Of a DNA stretch of 53,082 bases, positions 26,199-34,950 are shown piece by piece. This stretch comes from Candidatus Poseidoniales archaeon. Lineage in GTDB: Archaea > Thermoplasmatota > Poseidoniia > Poseidoniales > Poseidoniaceae. The notes under the pieces are model-generated. The model was not told the DNA's origin and searched no databases. It saw nothing but the letters and a program-made list of their open reading frames with translations. The first letter of the stretch is position 1, and each line of letters starts with the position of its first letter. The translations under genes were made by a program, and so were the position numbers. Location: assembly GCA_003602475.1 (NCBI GenBank), contig QQSC01000005.1, positions 10,021 through 63,102 on the forward strand. Direction: 5' to 3'.

Positions 26199-27974
26199 AT
26201 GTCCGGACCGCTTGCCCGAACGGTCCTTGCCCGAACTCGACTTGCTCGGTCATGGGGTCTGGGTGACAGGAAGTCACCATCGGCCATGACCCCAGCCCTG
26301 ATCACCACCAGAATGGATGTAGAACTTCCTGTGGGGTACGCCCCGTTCAGTTCCTCAACCAGCAACACCTTACCGTCAATGCTCTCCATTGAATCGCGTG
26401 GAGCGTTCGTGCCACCTGCGTTTGATGTCCCAGGTCCTTCGTACGCAGTGAACATCGGTCACGTTCTCCCACCATCGTTGGAAGAAGCGAACGCAGGAGA
26501 AGCCCAAGGAACTGGGGCATTGCTACCGGTTTCATGGCAGCGAATGCATCATGATGACGGACTGATGGATGCGTCGTTATCCCCTGAAATCGTTGTTCTC
26601 ACCGATGCGCCTCAATTGGCTGCCCAACCGGGTAAACTGGCCCAAGCCTTGTTGACGCTCAAGCAGCGGTTCCCCGGAGCACTGGTATGGACGCCGGGTT
26701 TGGGTGGGCCCGACAACATGGCGGTTCTGACCCTCATGGGCGTTGACCTCTTCGACATGGCAAGGGCGCACGAAGCCTCTGCACGAAAGGTTCTGCTCAC
26801 CGCCACCGGACCTCGCTGGCCACTGGCACATGAATCCACCACGGTTGAGCACCAAGCATACCATTGGATCAAAGCGCTTGATGAGGTCAGGGCCGCTGTG
26901 CAGCAGGGCACGCTCAGCACGCTTGCAGAACGGCAGAGTTTGTCCAGCCCGCGATTGGTGGAGCACCTTCGACATCACCATCGAATCGTGTCGAACACCC
27001 AAGGTGTATTGGCTTCACACGTGGACGCAAAAACCGAATTCCCGTGTTACAGCAACAACATGCTTCATGATCCGCTCGTCAACGATTGGGAGCGGTTCAT
27101 GAACGAAGAATACCAAGCGCCAGAAGCCACCACAACCGTCATGGTTTTTCTCCCATGTTCTGCAAGAAAACCCTATCGTTTGTCCAGATCTCATGACCGC
27201 TTCCTCTACGCCATGCGCTCATCCGCATGCCATGAAGTCATGATGACCTCTCCGCTTGGTTTGGTCCCTCGCGACCTCGAGGATGTTTGGCCTGCTTCAC
27301 ATTACGACGTTCCCGTGACTGGGCACTGGTCGCTTGATGAGAAGGCTCGGGTTCAACGTATGCTGATGTCCCTGGTGGAGCGCGTGGGCTACAAGTGCAT
27401 CATTAACCACACGGATTTCGATTTGAGTTTCTTGGATGTGGAGGTCATCGACACCCGACAGGGCCGTGGGGCGACCCAACACGATGCCCTCCAGTCACTG
27501 TCGGCTGCCGTGAAATCAGCGGTCGAAACCCACGGGCTTAGGAACCAAAGGAACAATCTGCGATTGAAGGCCAAATTCAAGAGCATTGCACGTAAGCTGA
27601 CGCGCAACGATGCATGGATGGAACCCTTGAGTGTGAAGGGAAAAATACCGCGCTGGCGATTGGAACTGAACGGTCAACAACTTGCAGTTTGGTCCATTGA
27701 CAGGAATGGGTTTTCATTCTCGAGAGCGGCGATAGACCACCTTCACGAACACGATGCCTTGCCCAGAGTTGTCCTCAACACCGGGGTTGACTGGCGCGGG
27801 GATGTGTTCGCCAGTATGGTGGCGAATCACGACCCTCGGATTCGTTCGGGTGATGATTTGCTGGTGATGCAAGACGGACAGGCCATGGGTTTGGCCCGTG
27901 CGGTTTGCCCCGGTTGGGAGTGGAACACCACCGTCGGGACACTTGCCAAATCACACCAACGACGCAAGAAGTGA
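26199..27974 (+). CDS. arcS: Archaeosine synthase ArcS (TgtA2) with C-terminal PUA domain
   Basis: TPAL, GVDLFD, LPCSARKPYRLSRSH, HEVMMTSPLGLVPRDLE, YDVPVTGHW; PUA-like end (GDVFA...DPRIRSGD). Confidence 0.88.
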   Translation: MSGPLARTVLARTRLARSWGLGDRKSPSAMTPALITTRMDVELPVGYAPFSSSTSNTLPSMLSIESRGAFVPPAFDVPGPSYAVNIGHVLPPSLEEANAGEAQGTGALLPVSWQRMHHDDGLMDASLSPEIVVLTDAPQLAAQPGKLAQALLTLKQRFPGALVWTPGLGGPDNMAVLTLMGVDLFDMARAHEASARKVLLTATGPRWPLAHESTTVEHQAYHWIKALDEVRAAVQQGTLSTLAERQSLSSPRLVEHLRHHHRIVSNTQGVLASHVDAKTEFPCYSNNMLHDPLVNDWERFMNEEYQAPEATTTVMVFLPCSARKPYRLSRSHDRFLYAMRSSACHEVMMTSPLGLVPRDLEDVWPASHYDVPVTGHWSLDEKARVQRMLMSLVERVGYKCIINHTDFDLSFLDVEVIDTRQGRGATQHDALQSLSAAVKSAVETHGLRNQRNNLRLKAKFKSIARKLTRNDAWMEPLSVKGKIPRWRLELNGQQLAVWSIDRNGFSFSRAAIDHLHEHDALPRVVLNTGVDWRGDVFASMVANHDPRIRSGDDLLVMQDGQAMGLARAVCPGWEWNTTVGTLAKSHQRRKK

Positions 27975-27982
27975 AACCCTCT

Positions 27983-27997
27983 CACCGTCGTACGGTG
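27983..27997. repeat. Inverted repeat CACCGT-CGT-ACGGTG between arcS stop and the rps15 promoter
   Basis: Perfect 6-bp arms just upstream of the TATA-like TTAAGAA at 28006. Confidence 0.35.
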
Positions 27998-28049
27998 CGG
28001 AGTGATTAAGAAGGGGTGATATTACGGTGGGCTACTTGGTGATGTCTTT

Positions 28050-28508
28050 ATGGCACGTATGTACAAATCTCGAAAGGGCACAAGCGGTTCAACCCGCCCG
28101 CACATTACGACCGCTCCTGAATGGTCGAACACCAACAAAGATGCCGTGACGGCCCTCGTTCTTGACCTCGCCAAGGCAGGACACTCCAGTGCTGAAATTG
28201 GCACTGCACTACGCGACAAGCACGCTGTGCCCAACGCCCGCCTTGTTCTCGGGAAGCGAATCTCACAGGTTCTGGCTGAGCACGACATGCTCGGCACCTA
28301 TCCAGAGGACATGATGAACCTCATGCGACAAGCTGTCGGCATCATCAATCATTTGGGCGCTGGCAACCACAAGGACATTCACAACAAGCGAGCCCTTGAG
28401 ATCACAGAGGCGAAAATTCGCCGTCTGGCCAACTACTACAAGAGCGAAGGTCACCTTCCATCCGACTGGCGATACAAGCGAGACGAACTTCGACTGATGG
28501 TCGAGTGA
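28050..28508 (+). CDS. rps15: 30S ribosomal protein uS15 (archaeal S15/S13e type)
   Basis: MARMY..RKGTSGSTRP, IGTALRD, PEDMMNL, KDIHNKRAL..EAKIRRLANYYK. SD-like GGTGA upstream. Confidence 0.97.
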   Translation: MARMYKSRKGTSGSTRPHITTAPEWSNTNKDAVTALVLDLAKAGHSSAEIGTALRDKHAVPNARLVLGKRISQVLAEHDMLGTYPEDMMNLMRQAVGIINHLGAGNHKDIHNKRALEITEAKIRRLANYYKSEGHLPSDWRYKRDELRLMVE

Positions 28509-28565
28509 TGTCGCCAACGATGCTCATCTTCATGAGGGGTCACCTCTTCATTGGAGTGACCAACG

Positions 28566-29486
28566 ATGCGTGACCTTCTGTCCGTTCCAATGTTTGCTGA
28601 CCTCGTGCAGCACTTGCGTTCACAAGCTGCGGCCCTCAATCGTGCACCGCTGTTGAACCTTCAGGCTCCTTCCTCATTGAGTGGCGTGTTGGCCATGGGT
28701 CAACTCGAAGCCGCTTGCCTTGATGCTGGCCTGATGTACAGTCGCCGGTTTTACCCTTCGCAATCCCACAGGCCGCGAGACGAACCTCCTTCGATTGTTC
28801 GCGCCTCTCACGGTCTCACGGTGGCTTTGATGACGGAGGAATCAACGTGGACCAGCGACGAGGTAACTCTCGATGAAGGCGTGCGTTTGGTGCCCCTCGC
28901 TACATCCGTTTTGACAGGCGACACCAATAAAAATCTCCAAGGAGCTCTTGATGTGGTCGCACAAGCCGCAGCTTTAGCAGCCCTCTTGGCCCCCAACGGT
29001 CGCCGTGTACGTCTACTTCGCCCGATGGCCTCCCTGGGCATGTGGCTTGGCGGCTCGTTGGACACCAGCATGGACGTCTTTCACAACCTTATGATTCATC
29101 ACTTGAATGAAGAAGGAACCCTGCGCCTGGTCCCCTTGCCTGAAGTGCTCGAACCGAAATCAGGCATGTTACCGAACGTCTCCGACCGTCGGGTGAAGAA
29201 ACTCACCAAGGCTTGGGAGAAGATGAACGTTGAAGATCGAGCTCAGGCCATGAGCGAACTCACGCTGCCATGCTTGACCAACACCACACTCTCCACACCG
29301 CGTCTTGAGTCGTTGATTTGGTGCAGAATGTTGGTCGGTGAAGAACCCGTGGATTTGGCCAGCCAACTCAGCTACCTGCAGAGCGAATGGCCTGAAGATG
29401 GAGCCGAGCAAAAACGTCACGCAAGCGACGTGTTGGACGGCTGGCTGGCCTCAGGAAGGTTGTGGTCAAGCCCAGCGACGGATTGA
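28566..29486 (+). CDS. Hypothetical protein, probable degenerate RecJ/DHH (GAN-like) homolog
   Basis: Occupies the position after rps15 where many euryarchaea carry a RecJ-like gene. N-terminus mirrors DHH motif I topology but lacks DxD and DHH. Confidence 0.5.
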   Translation: MRDLLSVPMFADLVQHLRSQAAALNRAPLLNLQAPSSLSGVLAMGQLEAACLDAGLMYSRRFYPSQSHRPRDEPPSIVRASHGLTVALMTEESTWTSDEVTLDEGVRLVPLATSVLTGDTNKNLQGALDVVAQAAALAALLAPNGRRVRLLRPMASLGMWLGGSLDTSMDVFHNLMIHHLNEEGTLRLVPLPEVLEPKSGMLPNVSDRRVKKLTKAWEKMNVEDRAQAMSELTLPCLTNTTLSTPRLESLIWCRMLVGEEPVDLASQLSYLQSEWPEDGAEQKRHASDVLDGWLASGRLWSSPATD

Positions 29487-29511
29487 AGACGAACGGGCCC
29501 TTGGCCAACCC

Positions 29512-29862
29512 ATGGCGATTGAACGACTTCTTACTGGTAGCATCCAAACCCAACTTAACGATCTCCTTTCAACCGAGGATTTGGTCATTGAGGCATTTCG
29601 GGATCTCGTAAAGGACGAGCTCAAAGCTCATGTCCGTGCCAAGGTTGACGCAGACCCAGAACTCAAAGCCGAAATCAAGGAAGCTGTGGCGTATTATTTC
29701 CATTCCAAAGCACGGTCAATTTATGCTGAACTCAAAGCTACTCGGGCGGCGACACGTCTTGGTTTGCGCCTCCTTCCCGACGACATCCAAGGGGAAGTTG
29801 GCAACGCACTTGTGACCTTGTTCGAAAAAGAATTGGGCGACCTTTTGGAAAAGGCCCTTTGA
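29512..29862 (+). CDS. Hypothetical helical protein
   Basis: 116 aa from ATG 29512, with TTGAAG 29 nt upstream. Confidence 0.7.
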   Translation: MAIERLLTGSIQTQLNDLLSTEDLVIEAFRDLVKDELKAHVRAKVDADPELKAEIKEAVAYYFHSKARSIYAELKATRAATRLGLRLLPDDIQGEVGNALVTLFEKELGDLLEKAL

Positions 29863-29917
29863 GTCCGCTTCCGCCCACGAATGAGTACAAGTTATGTGCT
29901 GAACTTTCCTCGGGAGA

Positions 29918-31939
29918 ATGAGCATCATGCGACGGACGGTAATTGTCAGTATGCTGCTGATGGCCACCGTATGGTTTCCCCTCTTCATTGGAACTGCTCA
30001 ATCCGTGAACGACGGCGAATCTGTGGTGTGCTGTGATGCCGCAGAAGTGGATTTGTACCTCATCGGAAGCGACAGCAGTGCGACACTTACACCGTTTGCG
30101 AGTGAATTGGGTGACGACGTGCAGAGCATCGTGGTTGAATCCTCAGCCGTCGGCCAGGAAACCCTCGGTACGTGGTTGCTCCCAGACTTGTGGGAGGGCG
30201 CTGTTCCTGCTGGCGTATGGACATTTTCGCTGGAATACGAAGTTTCAGACGCTGCAGGTGTTCAAATCAACGCAACAGCCTCCATCAACATCGGTTCAAA
30301 GTCGTTTTCAGCCACCACAGACCCAGCATCTTCCTTCCTTGCTCAGGGAACTGGCACGTTGTCGTTCGACATTGATGTTGAAGCGTTCACGTCAAGCGGT
30401 AACTCGAACTTGGAACTGACCCTCACGGCCCAGACCATCGTGTTTGAGGTTCCCAACAGCGATGCATCGTTTGAATTGCTGTGGGGTACGGAGAACAAAG
30501 ACTCCGCACTCAGCGCAACGATTCCACTTCTTGACATATGGATGATTGAGCCAGAGATCGAGGGTTCAGATGTCTACCTCGCCGTTCGATTGGATTCTCC
30601 ATGGGGCTTGTCAACGCTTTCTCTCTCCGACTCGATATCGTTGCTGGTCAACGGACAGCCTGTCACGGGTGACCCAATCGAAACGGCATCCGACAATACG
30701 GTTAGAGTAACATGGACATGGGACGGAGCGGCTGGTGGCGTTGAAACCATTACTGTACAGGTGAAATTGGTGTTCCAACCCGATCAAACCGCATTAACTG
30801 GGTCATCGGTGTTCGAAATTGAAACCTTTGACACAGGGGGCGGCACCGGTACCTATTATCCGCCAGATGAACCGCTGCGCACGGACGGCAGTGGCAGTCA
30901 ATTGGACGTCAATATCCGCTCTGAATTGACCGGCGGAAGCAACAGCAATTTGGTGATGAAGACCACCACCGTAATCACCGTTCACGACGAAGTCGCCTTC
31001 TGGATGCGCTGGGGTTTGGATCACATTGGTGACGATGTGACGCCTCTATCCTCTACTCTCGGTGCTTTTTCAGCAGGTGGAGTCACCGATGATGACCGTA
31101 TAAGTCGGGCCATTGAGGGGGTTGAAGTGGGTGAATTTGAGCGCCAAATGGTCAACCTCGGTCAACTGTTCTTAACCAATGGACTTGGTTTGGACAGCGA
31201 TGAATTGCTCGGCGATTTCCGTAACTTTGACCAACTGCAAATTGAACTTGACCTCATGGGTGAATCCAACGTTGTGAACCACCCGGTTTCCATTGTGTTT
31301 TTGACCACAACCGAAGTACCGGACGGCGTGGCCATGAACTTCATTGAACAATTTGTGGTGTCCCAACCTGCTCCGATTTGGTCCTCGATCAACCTTGACG
31401 CCGAATATCGTTCCTCCATGCTCACCGCCATGACGAACAGCAAGTTGTTGAAATCAGACAACCTCCAGTTGTCCGTATCCCGTAGCCCCTTTGGGGACAC
31501 GATTTCTCTTGTGGGAGAAGGGTTTGATCAGGACGAGAACTTTGCCCTCAACATCATCCCAACCTCGGCCATCACCTACGCCCCGATGCCGTTGGCCGTT
31601 CTTTCGCTGTTGGCCTGTATTGGCGCCATGGTCATTGGCCTACGTCTCTCACGAAACCGAATACGTACCTACCTGTACCTCGAACTTGTGCTGCTGCCGG
31701 TTATCGCTCTCATCTTCCTGTTTGGATTCCCACCAGTTTGGGTCGGCTCATCCATCGCCATCACGACTCTTCTTTGGTGGATCACCGCTGTTGCAAGTCC
31801 GAAAACGGCTGTTCAACCGAGGCAGTGGCCCTCAATTTCTTGCCCCAAATGCAGCACTCCCAACCTCGTGGCGAGCGACGAGCGACCGTATCGATTGTCG
31901 TGCAGCGGATGCAGCCGAACCATCAAAATTGAAGGGTAA
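29918..31939 (+). CDS. Membrane-anchored surface protein with three C-terminal TM helices and zinc ribbon
   Basis: Signal peptide, acidic beta-rich ectodomain, 3 TM segments, terminal CPKC...CSGC. Confidence 0.8.
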   Translation: MSIMRRTVIVSMLLMATVWFPLFIGTAQSVNDGESVVCCDAAEVDLYLIGSDSSATLTPFASELGDDVQSIVVESSAVGQETLGTWLLPDLWEGAVPAGVWTFSLEYEVSDAAGVQINATASINIGSKSFSATTDPASSFLAQGTGTLSFDIDVEAFTSSGNSNLELTLTAQTIVFEVPNSDASFELLWGTENKDSALSATIPLLDIWMIEPEIEGSDVYLAVRLDSPWGLSTLSLSDSISLLVNGQPVTGDPIETASDNTVRVTWTWDGAAGGVETITVQVKLVFQPDQTALTGSSVFEIETFDTGGGTGTYYPPDEPLRTDGSGSQLDVNIRSELTGGSNSNLVMKTTTVITVHDEVAFWMRWGLDHIGDDVTPLSSTLGAFSAGGVTDDDRISRAIEGVEVGEFERQMVNLGQLFLTNGLGLDSDELLGDFRNFDQLQIELDLMGESNVVNHPVSIVFLTTTEVPDGVAMNFIEQFVVSQPAPIWSSINLDAEYRSSMLTAMTNSKLLKSDNLQLSVSRSPFGDTISLVGEGFDQDENFALNIIPTSAITYAPMPLAVLSLLACIGAMVIGLRLSRNRIRTYLYLELVLLPVIALIFLFGFPPVWVGSSIAITTLLWWITAVASPKTAVQPRQWPSISCPKCSTPNLVASDERPYRLSCSGCSRTIKIEG

Positions 31940-31994
31940 TATTGGATTGGCTCAATCGGCTTTGGTGACGCCGTCGAGTGAAGAGTTGTCCAAA

Positions 31995-32405
31995 TCAAAG
32001 TCCAAGTCCCTTCAAACTCTTGACCAAGTCCATCGCTTCTTGGTAGTCTCCAGGAGAGAAGTATCCTGAAAATGTCTCGTTATCGTCGACGGCGACCACG
32101 GCTTGTGGGCTTCGCTGTCGGATGTCCTTGAGGACGGCGGAAAGTCCATCGCTGAGGTTCACCTGAAGAAAATCCATCTCCATATGGGCATGGCATGGCT
32201 CATCATTCGGGTTCACACCGTTGGCAAGGGCTTGGATGAGTTGTCGTTGGCCGATAACCCCCTTCACCCTTTCATCTCCGTCGAGAACAACCAAGATTCC
32301 GCCGGTGATGGTTAACAGCCGCAACGCCGCTTCTTGAAGCGTATCGTCCATGCCGATGGTCATGTGTTCGTCGTCAAGTTTGAGGTCACTGACCTGTTTC
32401 GCCAT
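31995..32405 (-). CDS. CBS domain pair protein
   Basis: TIGMDDTLQEAA...LVVLD...VKGVI...V..SDGLSAVL...VAVD...GYFS..D pattern. Confidence 0.8.
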   Translation of the reverse strand: MAKQVSDLKLDDEHMTIGMDDTLQEAALRLLTITGGILVVLDGDERVKGVIGQRQLIQALANGVNPNDEPCHAHMEMDFLQVNLSDGLSAVLKDIRQRSPQAVVAVDDNETFSGYFSPGDYQEAMDLVKSLKGLGL

Positions 32406-32440
32406 GGACCGAGAGGAAGGTCCCGGCTTAGGTCTTTTCC

Positions 32441-34180
32441 TTACACAGATTCCGTTGTTCGTTCGTGGCAGAGGAAGAATGAACCGTCTTCCATCACCTT
32501 TGCATAACCGATTCGTTCGAGTTGCACGATGGTACCAACAGGATGGTTGTGGGGTTCAATAAGGCCCTCTATGGCCGTGATTTCCCCGCCACTCGTGCTC
32601 ATCAAGACCGCTTCAACGGCGTGTTGCTCTGGAAGCCAGTGTACGATGGGGCGCCGGTCCGAACGGTCCAATGAAACCAGAGCGGCCTTGGAATTCTCAA
32701 TTCTCACATCGGCATATTCCTTGAGCCGCACATCCCCTTTGATGGCATCTTCTGGTTCAAGCCAGATGCCTGTGGTGTTGAGTTCCCAACGACGCTGGCC
32801 CTGATCTGGATGGTTGGGGTGGATGGGGAATTGCAACACTGTAGCGGCATCATGAGCGTTCAAGTCCAAGCGTTGTGGGTGTCGAACGAAGGAAAGTCGA
32901 GGGGCTTGGTCATCCACTGCTTTGGTGTTGTGAGAGTAGAGGGTGGATAGAGGGACTGAGATGTCCTTCTGGGTGATGCCGAGTTCGGTCCAAAACCCTC
33001 GGAGTGCAGCGGCAGTGATGCCTCGACGAGCCAAGCCAGCCAACGTGGGCAAGCGAGGGTCGTCCCATCCTGTGAATTCCCCTGCTTCGATGTTTTTTCT
33101 CATGGCAGAGGTGGAAAAGCCTCCCCATTCGTGCACTTTTACTCGCCCCCAATACATGGTTTCAGGATAGGTCCAACCGAAATGCTCGTAGAGCAAGGTC
33201 TGTTTTCTTGTCGAATCCATGAGGTCCTTTCCACGAATGATGTGGGTGACGCCTTGAAGGTGGTCTTCGACGGCACTTTGGAAATCCAAAAGGGGCCAAA
33301 CGGTGTGGCGGCTCCCGACGTTCGGCCTTGGGTGTGGGTGAGCTTTGGTGTCTTGAATACGCAGGGCCGGCCAATCTCGGAGTGCAGGATTTTTCAACTT
33401 CATGTCGGTTTTGACTCGGACAACGGCGTCTCCCTGTTGGTAGGTGCCGTTGAGCATCGAGGCCCATCGCTCCATGTTTTCAGCAACGTTGTTTGGGCGG
33501 CAAGGGCATTCTGTTTTGTTCACCCGATGTTCTCGAAAGGCTTCCGCTGAGCAGGTGCACACATAGCCGAATCCCTGCGAGAGCATCTCTTTGGCATGCT
33601 GGTGGTAGTGTTCCATTCGTTCTGATGCGATGACCACTCGGTCTGGACCTCGGCCCATAAGCCAAGTTGCTTCTTGCTCTATTTGGGCATAAGCACTCAT
33701 CATGGGCGGTTTCACCTTCGTGTCCGTATCGTCAAACCTGAGGATCAACACGCCATCGTACATCTCTCGATACGAACTGTTGATGACCAGCCCTCGAGCG
33801 TGACCAAACGAAAGCGGCCCGTTCGGGTTTGGAGCGAACCTGAGGACAACGCTCCCTTTCGTGGCGTTTTTGAGTTCTGGCAACCCTTCTCGCTTGGTCT
33901 GTTTTACCTTCACCTCGAGGAGATGAGGTGCCTCTCGAAGGAGGAGGTCACGAACATGGTCGAGGCCTTCGGATGCGGCCAACCCGTTGGCTTGGTTGAC
34001 ATGGGTGGCCACCAGCCCGGAAATCGTTTTCCCGTGTTGGCGTAAATCGCTTCGCGCACCCATTATTCGGCTGATGACAGAGCCAATAGAGGCTTTTCCT
34101 TCGTATTGAAGTGCATTCTGAAGAGCGAGATGATGGATGAATCGAACGGTTTCCTCATCGGGTATCCATTCATTCGTCAT
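32441..34180 (-). CDS. gltX: Glutamate--tRNA ligase, archaeal type
   Basis: RFAPNPNGPLSFGH, LRFDDTD, CTC..CPCR, THIIRGKD, GWDDPRLPTL, QLERIGY. Alternative start 34207 (ATGA overlap with rnhB). Confidence 0.97.
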   Translation of the reverse strand: MTNEWIPDEETVRFIHHLALQNALQYEGKASIGSVISRIMGARSDLRQHGKTISGLVATHVNQANGLAASEGLDHVRDLLLREAPHLLEVKVKQTKREGLPELKNATKGSVVLRFAPNPNGPLSFGHARGLVINSSYREMYDGVLILRFDDTDTKVKPPMMSAYAQIEQEATWLMGRGPDRVVIASERMEHYHQHAKEMLSQGFGYVCTCSAEAFREHRVNKTECPCRPNNVAENMERWASMLNGTYQQGDAVVRVKTDMKLKNPALRDWPALRIQDTKAHPHPRPNVGSRHTVWPLLDFQSAVEDHLQGVTHIIRGKDLMDSTRKQTLLYEHFGWTYPETMYWGRVKVHEWGGFSTSAMRKNIEAGEFTGWDDPRLPTLAGLARRGITAAALRGFWTELGITQKDISVPLSTLYSHNTKAVDDQAPRLSFVRHPQRLDLNAHDAATVLQFPIHPNHPDQGQRRWELNTTGIWLEPEDAIKGDVRLKEYADVRIENSKAALVSLDRSDRRPIVHWLPEQHAVEAVLMSTSGGEITAIEGLIEPHNHPVGTIVQLERIGYAKVMEDGSFFLCHERTTESV

Positions 34181-34203
34181 GATTGTGCGCTGAAGCGCTC
34201 CCC

Positions 34204-34941
34204 TCATGAAATGCTTGGGTCTTCAGATTGAAACAGCGTGTGTTGGACGGTTCGAGGTTGGCCTCGCGTTGGGGGCTGGCCGGCATGATGGCGTGCCCAA
34301 TACCGCTTGACAGTGGCCCATTCCCATCTCACATCCACATCAATCGATTCAGAGGTGATGAGGCTAGGAAGCGCTTGCACAGTAGCAGGGTCACTTGGAT
34401 AGCCAGACCCAAGGGGTCGTTCGAGTCGTTTTGCCATGTCGCTCATGGCTTGGTCACGATGTGTTTTCGCAAGAATACTGGCCATGGCCACCACCGGGTC
34501 GCGATCGTCGGCTTTGTGTTCGCTCACCATCGTGCATTCCACCCATGGCCACCCCGGTAGGAGATTGACGATTCGCTGAGTGAATCGCTCGGCGTTCACA
34601 TCGCATGCGTCCGCCAGAACACTCAACCCGGTCGTTGGGCCCAAATCCTGAATGGCTTTCGCAAAACCTCTGACTTCCAACCAGTTCAGGCCGTCAGCAT
34701 GCAATGCCTCGTCAATGTTTGCGGCGGAATACACCACTAGGCTTGAACACCATCCCCGTTCATTGCCCACTTGTTTGAACCAATTGACCAGCTCGTCACG
34801 ACGTTTAGCAGACAGTCGTTTCGAATCTCGCACACCCGCTTGAACCAGCAGGGGGACGTCTTGTTCGGGAATGCCACAAGCAGCGATGACCAATGGCCCC
34901 AACACGGGTCCTCGTCCCGCTTCATCCAGACCGACTCGCAC
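34204..34941 (-). CDS. rnhB: Ribonuclease HII
   Basis: GLDEAGRGPVLGPLV, VRDSKRL, DACD, HKAD..DPVVAMASILAK, GSGYPSDP. Confidence 0.96.
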   Translation of the reverse strand: MRVGLDEAGRGPVLGPLVIAACGIPEQDVPLLVQAGVRDSKRLSAKRRDELVNWFKQVGNERGWCSSLVVYSAANIDEALHADGLNWLEVRGFAKAIQDLGPTTGLSVLADACDVNAERFTQRIVNLLPGWPWVECTMVSEHKADDRDPVVAMASILAKTHRDQAMSDMAKRLERPLGSGYPSDPATVQALPSLITSESIDVDVRWEWATVKRYWARHHAGQPPTRGQPRTVQHTLFQSEDPSIS

Positions 34942-34950
34942 ATCAGCCCC

